Shown here: piece after piece, positions 5,565 to 10,056 of the stretch
Position numbering within the stretch: the stretch's first letter is position 1
How the letters are laid out: every line of letters starts with the position of its first letter
Source of the DNA: Gemmatimonadales bacterium
Lineage (GTDB): Bacteria > Gemmatimonadota > Gemmatimonadetes > Gemmatimonadales > GWC2-71-9
Length of the DNA: 10,056 nucleotides
NCBI GenBank assembly: GCA_041577295.1
Contig: JBFGJG010000084.1
Coordinates: forward strand, 1 to 10,056
Direction: 5' to 3'
Translations under genes and position numbers: made by a program
Notes under the pieces: model-generated
What the model saw: the letters and a program-made list of their open reading frames with translations, nothing else
Databases searched by the model: none
What the model was told of the DNA's origin: nothing

Positions 5565-8015
5565 TCACTGTTGTTTCAGCACGGACACCGGGTCGACACG
5601 GGTGGCACGGCGGGCGGGCAGGTAGCTCGCGAGTGCGGAAACGACGAGCAATGAGCCAGCGACCAGCGCGTAGATACCGGGTTCGAGGGGACTGACCTCA
5701 TAGAGGAACGCCGTGAGCAGCCGCGAGAGCCCTATCGCTCCCGCGATTCCGATGACGATACCAACTGCGCAGAGCGCTACCCCTTGGCGAGCAATCCAGC
5801 GAACCACTTTGGTCCCCTCGGCACCGAGTGCCATCCGAATTCCGATCTCTCGGGTACGCTGGATGACGGAGTACGAAATGACCGCAAAGATCCCCATGGC
5901 CGCCAACAGCAGCGCCACGATCCCAAACACCGCCATCAGCGTGCTCAGGGCCACATTCCCAGACAGATCTGATTCGACGTACTCCTGCATGGGGGCAACG
6001 CGAAACATCGGCACGTCCGGATCGATCGCAGCGAGCTGTTGGCGAATCGGTTCGGCCAGCGAGGCCGGTGGTAAGGAGGTTCGCGCGATCACGTAGAGCC
6101 CCATTCCCCAGAATCGCTGCGTCGTCTGCGTGTAGGGGATGTACACCTGGATGCGTGAAGGGCTGGCGAGCTCGTAATGCCGCACGTTCTTGGCAACGCC
6201 AATGACGGTCCGGTAGACGGGAACCGGAAACGGATCGTCCCAGTTCGAACCTTCCGCCAGCTCGAATGCGACCCGCTTCCCGATGGGATCTTCACCGGGA
6301 AAGAAGCGCTCCGCCATGGTCTCATCGATGATGGCCACGAGATCCGTCCCATCGCGGTCCCCATCCGTGAATCCCCTACCCCGTACCAGGGGCACGCCCA
6401 GGGTCTGGAAGTATTCCGGCGAGACGATGCCAAACAGCACCGACTGTGCCTCGTCACGCACGAACGGCACGCCCTCAGGGAGAATCCGCATCTCCCAGGA
6501 GCGGTCGGTTAACGGCAGCAGCAGCGTTGCCGCAGCCGACTCGACACCGGGTACGGCCTGCACTCGCTCGACCAATTCCATATAGAAAGCGCGCCAGCTC
6601 TCCTTGTCCGGATAGCGCTCGTCGGGGAGCGCGAACCGCGCGGTGAGCACGCCATCGGCGTCGAACCCCACGTTTGCGTTCCGAAGATGATTGAGACTTT
6701 GCACCATGAGCCCGGATCCGATGAGCAATACCAGTGCAAGCGCGACCTCCGCCACCACGAGCGCGGCCCGTAACCGGTGCCGCGAGCGCTCATCGCCGTG
6801 CCCTGCCGCGCGCAACTCTCCGATCAGGCGGTGTTGAGAAATTCGCAAAGCGGGGATGAGACCAAAGAAAAGTCCAGTGAAGACCGTGAGCGCCAGCGCA
6901 AACAGTAACACCGGCACGTTGATCTCGATGCCGTCGACGACGGAGGAGGGAATCTCGCTCGGCAAGAGGGGAACGAGCAGGCGTAGAGCAGGAAACGCGA
7001 GCGCAACCCCAAGCGCACCGCCGAAGAGCGCGATAGCGAGACTCTCCGCCAGGATCTGACGAACGAGCACCACCCGCCCAGCCCCGAGCGCCGTACGCAC
7101 GGCAACCTCTCTTCGGCGATCTTCCCCCCGCGCCAGCAACAGGTTGCCGACATTGGCACACACCACCAGCAGGACGAGGACCACGGCACCCATGAGAATC
7201 CACAGCTGTGCGCGCACCTCGCCGATGAGCAGATCGGCGAGCCAGCGAACTTCCGGCTGCGCGACTGCCTGACCCTCGAGCTCCTCCACCTCCCGCCCGA
7301 CCCGTCGCATGTCTTCGCGTGCCCGTTCGAGGGACACCGCGGGTGCCAACCGCGCTATCGCGCGGGTCCCGAACGAACTCTCTCGTTCATCCCAAGGCAG
7401 CGTGGGTGCCAGCACCCCCATTGGCACATAGAGCTCTGTTTCGGATGATGGATAGCCAAACCCTTCGGGCATTACCCCGACGATCGTGTAGGGGAGCCCA
7501 TCCAGTACCAGGCTCTCCCCCAACACGTCTGCCTTCCCCCCAAAGTGCCGTTGCCAGAAGGCGTAGCCGAGCACGACAACCGGTTCCGCTCCCGGGCCGG
7601 TTGCCGCACCATCGATGGTACGTCCGTGCACCGCCGGCACGCCCAGCGTCTCGAAGAACTCGCCCAACACCACGCGCATCCCCACGATTTCGGCAGGGCC
7701 GCGCCCGGTGAGCACCATCCCCCACCCAGCGGACGCCCCAAACGTCTCGAAGCTGCGGTTGCGCGCCTGCCAATCGACGTAGTTGGGGATCGAGAGCGAG
7801 ATGTAGAAACCCGTAGGAGCGTTGACGTCGAGCGTCACGAGCCGGCCTGGCTCGTGGTACGGCAGCGGTCGCAGCAGGACGGCGTGGACGGCACTGAAGA
7901 TGGCGGTGTTACCGGCGATGCCGATGGCCACCGTCGCGGCCGCCGTAATCGCAAACAGCGGCCGCCGGCTCAGGCCGCGAACGGCCAGCCTCAGGTCGTG
8001 CAGGAAGGCGGACAC
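5565..8015 (-). CDS. ABC transporter permease with duplicated MacB/FtsX architecture (ADOP type), 816 aa
   Basis: Hallmark motifs DLRLAVRGLSRRP, GNTAIFSAVHAVLLRPLPY, CANVGNLLLARG..RRREVAVRTALGAGR, LVVAEVALALVLLIGSGL, QRTREIGIRMALGA and YLPARRATRVDP. Start reassigned from 8078 to GTG 8015, which has a GGAG RBS at about 8022-8025 and matches the usual family N-terminus. Confidence 0.93.
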   Translation of the reverse strand: MSAFLHDLRLAVRGLSRRPLFAITAAATVAIGIAGNTAIFSAVHAVLLRPLPYHEPGRLVTLDVNAPTGFYISLSIPNYVDWQARNRSFETFGASAGWGMVLTGRGPAEIVGMRVVLGEFFETLGVPAVHGRTIDGAATGPGAEPVVVLGYAFWQRHFGGKADVLGESLVLDGLPYTIVGVMPEGFGYPSSETELYVPMGVLAPTLPWDERESSFGTRAIARLAPAVSLERAREDMRRVGREVEELEGQAVAQPEVRWLADLLIGEVRAQLWILMGAVVLVLLVVCANVGNLLLARGEDRRREVAVRTALGAGRVVLVRQILAESLAIALFGGALGVALAFPALRLLVPLLPSEIPSSVVDGIEINVPVLLFALALTVFTGLFFGLIPALRISQHRLIGELRAAGHGDERSRHRLRAALVVAEVALALVLLIGSGLMVQSLNHLRNANVGFDADGVLTARFALPDERYPDKESWRAFYMELVERVQAVPGVESAAATLLLPLTDRSWEMRILPEGVPFVRDEAQSVLFGIVSPEYFQTLGVPLVRGRGFTDGDRDGTDLVAIIDETMAERFFPGEDPIGKRVAFELAEGSNWDDPFPVPVYRTVIGVAKNVRHYELASPSRIQVYIPYTQTTQRFWGMGLYVIARTSLPPASLAEPIRQQLAAIDPDVPMFRVAPMQEYVESDLSGNVALSTLMAVFGIVALLLAAMGIFAVISYSVIQRTREIGIRMALGAEGTKVVRWIARQGVALCAVGIVIGIAGAIGLSRLLTAFLYEVSPLEPGIYALVAGSLLVVSALASYLPARRATRVDPVSVLKQQ

Positions 8016-8081
8016 TCGATTCTCCGAAGAAGGGGTCCTCTGGTTGGATACAGCAGCGGGAGGAAAGGTTGCCTCCACTGA

Positions 8082-8915
8082 TCATCCAAACGTGTCACAC
8101 CGATCGACGTTCCCCGTCTGCAACCCGGTCCGCAGCCATTGTACGCGCTGCTCCGATGTACCGTGCGTGAACGACTCGGGGTGCACCCCGCGCCCCGACA
8201 TCTGTTGTAAACGATCGTCACCGATCGCGGCTGCTGCTGCGAGTCCTTCGTCGACGTCCCCAGGCTCGAGTACCTGATGGCGCTGGTTGGTGTGATGTGC
8301 CCAGACCCCTGCGTAGCAATCCGCTTGCAGTTCGAGGATGACGGAAAGGCGGTTGGCGTCCGCTCGGCTGGCCCGCTGCTGCGCCTCGTGCACGCGTCCG
8401 GACGTCCCGACCAGGTTTTGCACGTGATGGGCCACTTCGTGCCCGATCACGTAGGCCGCAGCAAAGTCCCCGGCACCACCCATGCGCGCAAGTTGATTGA
8501 AAAAGCTCAGGTCGAGGTAGACTCGGCGATCTGCCGGACAATAGAAGGGTCCCGAGGCAGCCGACCCCATTCCGCATGCCGATTGGGTCATGCCAGAGTA
8601 GAGGACCAGCACCGGTGGCTCGTACTGCGCGCCAGCTCGAGCGAAAATGTCGGCCCACGTGTCTTCGGTGTACCCTAGCACTACCCGCACGAACTCGCTG
8701 GCCTCGTCGTTGCCGGCTGGGGGTCCCGGCTGACTCGCGCCAGACGCCTGCGCTTGCCCGAGCAGGTTTAATAGCGCCGACGGATCGCCGCCAAGCAGCA
8801 TCACAACGAGGAACAGCAGAATGGCCCCTCCCCCGCCAATGCCGACACCCCGTGCTACGCGTCGCCCCCGTCGATCATCGACACGTGAACTTCGTCTACC
8901 GGAACGCCAACGCAT
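8082..8915 (-). CDS. ypfJ: Putative neutral zinc metallopeptidase, YpfJ family, 277 aa
   Basis: MRWRSGRRSSRVDDRRG N-terminus followed by one TM helix, SACG..SAASGPFYCPAD, GDFAAAYVIGHEVAHHVQ (HEXXH), ELQADCYAG and PESFTHGTSEQR. RBS GAGGAG at 8921-8926. Confidence 0.93.
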   Translation of the reverse strand: MRWRSGRRSSRVDDRRGRRVARGVGIGGGGAILLFLVVMLLGGDPSALLNLLGQAQASGASQPGPPAGNDEASEFVRVVLGYTEDTWADIFARAGAQYEPPVLVLYSGMTQSACGMGSAASGPFYCPADRRVYLDLSFFNQLARMGGAGDFAAAYVIGHEVAHHVQNLVGTSGRVHEAQQRASRADANRLSVILELQADCYAGVWAHHTNQRHQVLEPGDVDEGLAAAAAIGDDRLQQMSGRGVHPESFTHGTSEQRVQWLRTGLQTGNVDRCDTFG

Positions 8916-8942
8916 CGCAACTCCTCGTATCTAAAAAGGGAA

Positions 8943-9062
8943 TCATCCTGTGGATGTGGTCGTCTGGCCGTTCAGCGCGTGGACCGCTTGCTTCGCGCGT
9001 TGGACCAAGGGCTGCACAATCTCGTCCCCGTCCCCCCTTGCCGCAATCAAAAGCTCGTACAT
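8943..9062 (-). pseudogene. Short ORF or probable gene remnant resembling the C-terminal capping helices of TPR proteins (39 aa)
   Basis: Manual translation gives MYELLIAARGDGDEIVQPLVQRAKQAVHALNGQTTTSTG*. It is preceded in frame by PICCTKATE and a TGA at 9090-9092. No clear RBS. It is shorter than any ORF in the supplied track. Confidence 0.4.
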
Positions 9063-9162
9063 CTCGGTGGCTTTTGTGCAGCAGATCGGTCACGATGGGC
9101 GGCTCACCTGCTGGGTCGAGCCTCTAACCTAATACGGGGTCTGTACGGAGTACTCAGGGAGG

Positions 9163-9242
9163 AGTGAGCGTGAGGGGTGTGGGATAAGGAGCGACCTCAT
9201 GTCACGGGGTCAACTCCTTACCCCTCGCTCCTCACCCTCACT
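9163..9242. repeat. Long imperfect inverted repeat built from CYCCTCA-like heptamers
   Basis: Left arm AGTGAGCGTGAGGGGTGTGGGATAAGGAG (9163-9191) pairs imperfectly with right arm CTCCTTACCCCTCGCTCCTCACCCTCACT (9214-9242). Inner stem GACCTC (9193-9198) / GGGGTC (9206-9211). It overlaps the serine hydrolase stop codon. Confidence 0.75.
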
Positions 9243-10056
9243 GTTTTTTCAGTGCGCGATACAGTTGGATGCCCACGCGCTCAGCGGTCGGGGGATCGTA
9301 GTTCGAGAGCACGACCACCACCAAGTCGCCATCGCTCTCGAGCACAGCGCTCACGCCCGGACCACCACCCGCAATGCCCAACTCGCCTCCAAACCGGCTC
9401 ATGTCATGGGCTCCGCCTCCGGACGGCAGATCCTCGCCAAAAACCCACCGGGTGTACTCCGGCGGTAGCAGCTTGTGCTCGCGCAGCGCCGTGTCGAAGC
9501 GCCACAGGTCCTCCACGGTGGACTGCGCGCTGCCCGCGGCGTTCCCGACGATTGGCAAGCGAAACATGTTGCTCTGCCACTCGTCCCCCCGGCCATCGGG
9601 GGTCATGCGGGTATACCCCTCGGCGACGTTTGGCTCGAGCCCGTCGCGCGGAAAGAACCCAGTCGCCGTCATCCCAGCGGGGTCGAACACGTGTCGATGG
9701 ATATAGTCGTGATACGTCTGCCCAGTGACTACTTCGATGACGGCGCCCAATACGATGTACCCTGCATTCGAGTACTCCCGCCCGGTTCCCGGCTCGAACA
9801 GTAGTGGCTCGTTGGCGAAGAGCCCGAAGTAATCGCCCGGGGTTCGGTAGAGCGCCCGTGAAGAGCGGAAGAACTTGTCCGAGAAGATATCTCCGAGTCC
9901 CGACGTGTGATCCACCAAATGGCCGATGGTGATGCGCTCCGCTGCAGAACGGTTTGGATAATCGGGGAGATACTCGATCAACCGATCATCCAGCGAAAGT
10001 TTCCCCTGCGCCAACAGCTGTGCTACGGCCACCTTGGTGAACTCTTTGTTGATGGA
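9238..10056 (-). CDS. Serine hydrolase, beta-lactamase/PBP-like family (5'-truncated by the window edge)
   Basis: The frame is open to the window edge, and the last 24 nt read S-I-N-K-E-F-T-K, giving the SxxK motif at 10045-10056. Also ITIGHLVDHTSGL, FEPG..REYSNAGY (YxN) and STVEDLWRF. Confidence 0.92.
   Translation of the reverse strand, partial: SINKEFTKVAVAQLLAQGKLSLDDRLIEYLPDYPNRSAAERITIGHLVDHTSGLGDIFSDKFFRSSRALYRTPGDYFGLFANEPLLFEPGTGREYSNAGYIVLGAVIEVVTGQTYHDYIHRHVFDPAGMTATGFFPRDGLEPNVAEGYTRMTPDGRGDEWQSNMFRLPIVGNAAGSAQSTVEDLWRFDTALREHKLLPPEYTRWVFGEDLPSGGGAHDMSRFGGELGIAGGGPGVSAVLESDGDLVVVVLSNYDPPTAERVGIQLYRALKKQ

Noticed and set aside
8016..8078. 21-aa N-terminal extension of the permease ORF
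   Set aside because: GTG 8015 has a GGAG RBS and matches the usual family N-terminus. The extension looks non-coding.
8860..8915. Twin-arginine (Tat) signal in the YpfJ N-terminus
   Set aside because: The Arg-rich MRWRSGRRSSRVDDRRG is the normal YpfJ-family N-terminus and lacks the RRxFL consensus.
8896..9093. 65-aa minus-strand ORF in the ORF track upstream of ypfJ
   Set aside because: It overlaps the ypfJ RBS and start out of frame and is not protein-like. A different frame (8943-9062) is more plausible.
5498..9242. The two intergenic repeats as a CRISPR array or as the ends of a mobile element
   Set aside because: There is no repeat-spacer periodicity, no cas or transposase gene and no target-site duplication, and the enclosed genes are ordinary chromosomal genes.

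Overview
GC-rich bacterial housekeeping/accessory region; the ADOP-type permease, secreted peptidases and heptamer-hairpin intergenic repeats suggest Gemmatimonadota or Acidobacteriota (inference only). It holds nine credible CDSs. On +: a stand-alone acyl carrier protein, a signal-peptide-bearing YbjN-like protein behind a good sigma54-type -24/-12 motif, and a MIP-family channel. On -: a secreted M20-family hydrolase, and a co-oriented run of serine hydrolase (partial), YpfJ-type zinc metallopeptidase, duplicated MacB/FtsX (ADOP) permease, SlyD-like FKBP PPIase and M1 aminopeptidase. I see no RNA gene, CRISPR array or mobile element, and no clearly new multi-gene system. The most notable details are an M20 enzyme that appears to have lost three of five canonical metal ligands, a divergently transcribed aquaporin whose predicted ar/R filter has neither an aromatic residue nor arginine, an unannotated 39-aa ORF resembling a TPR-protein C-terminal cap, and two related CCCCTCA-heptamer hairpins directly after stop codons.
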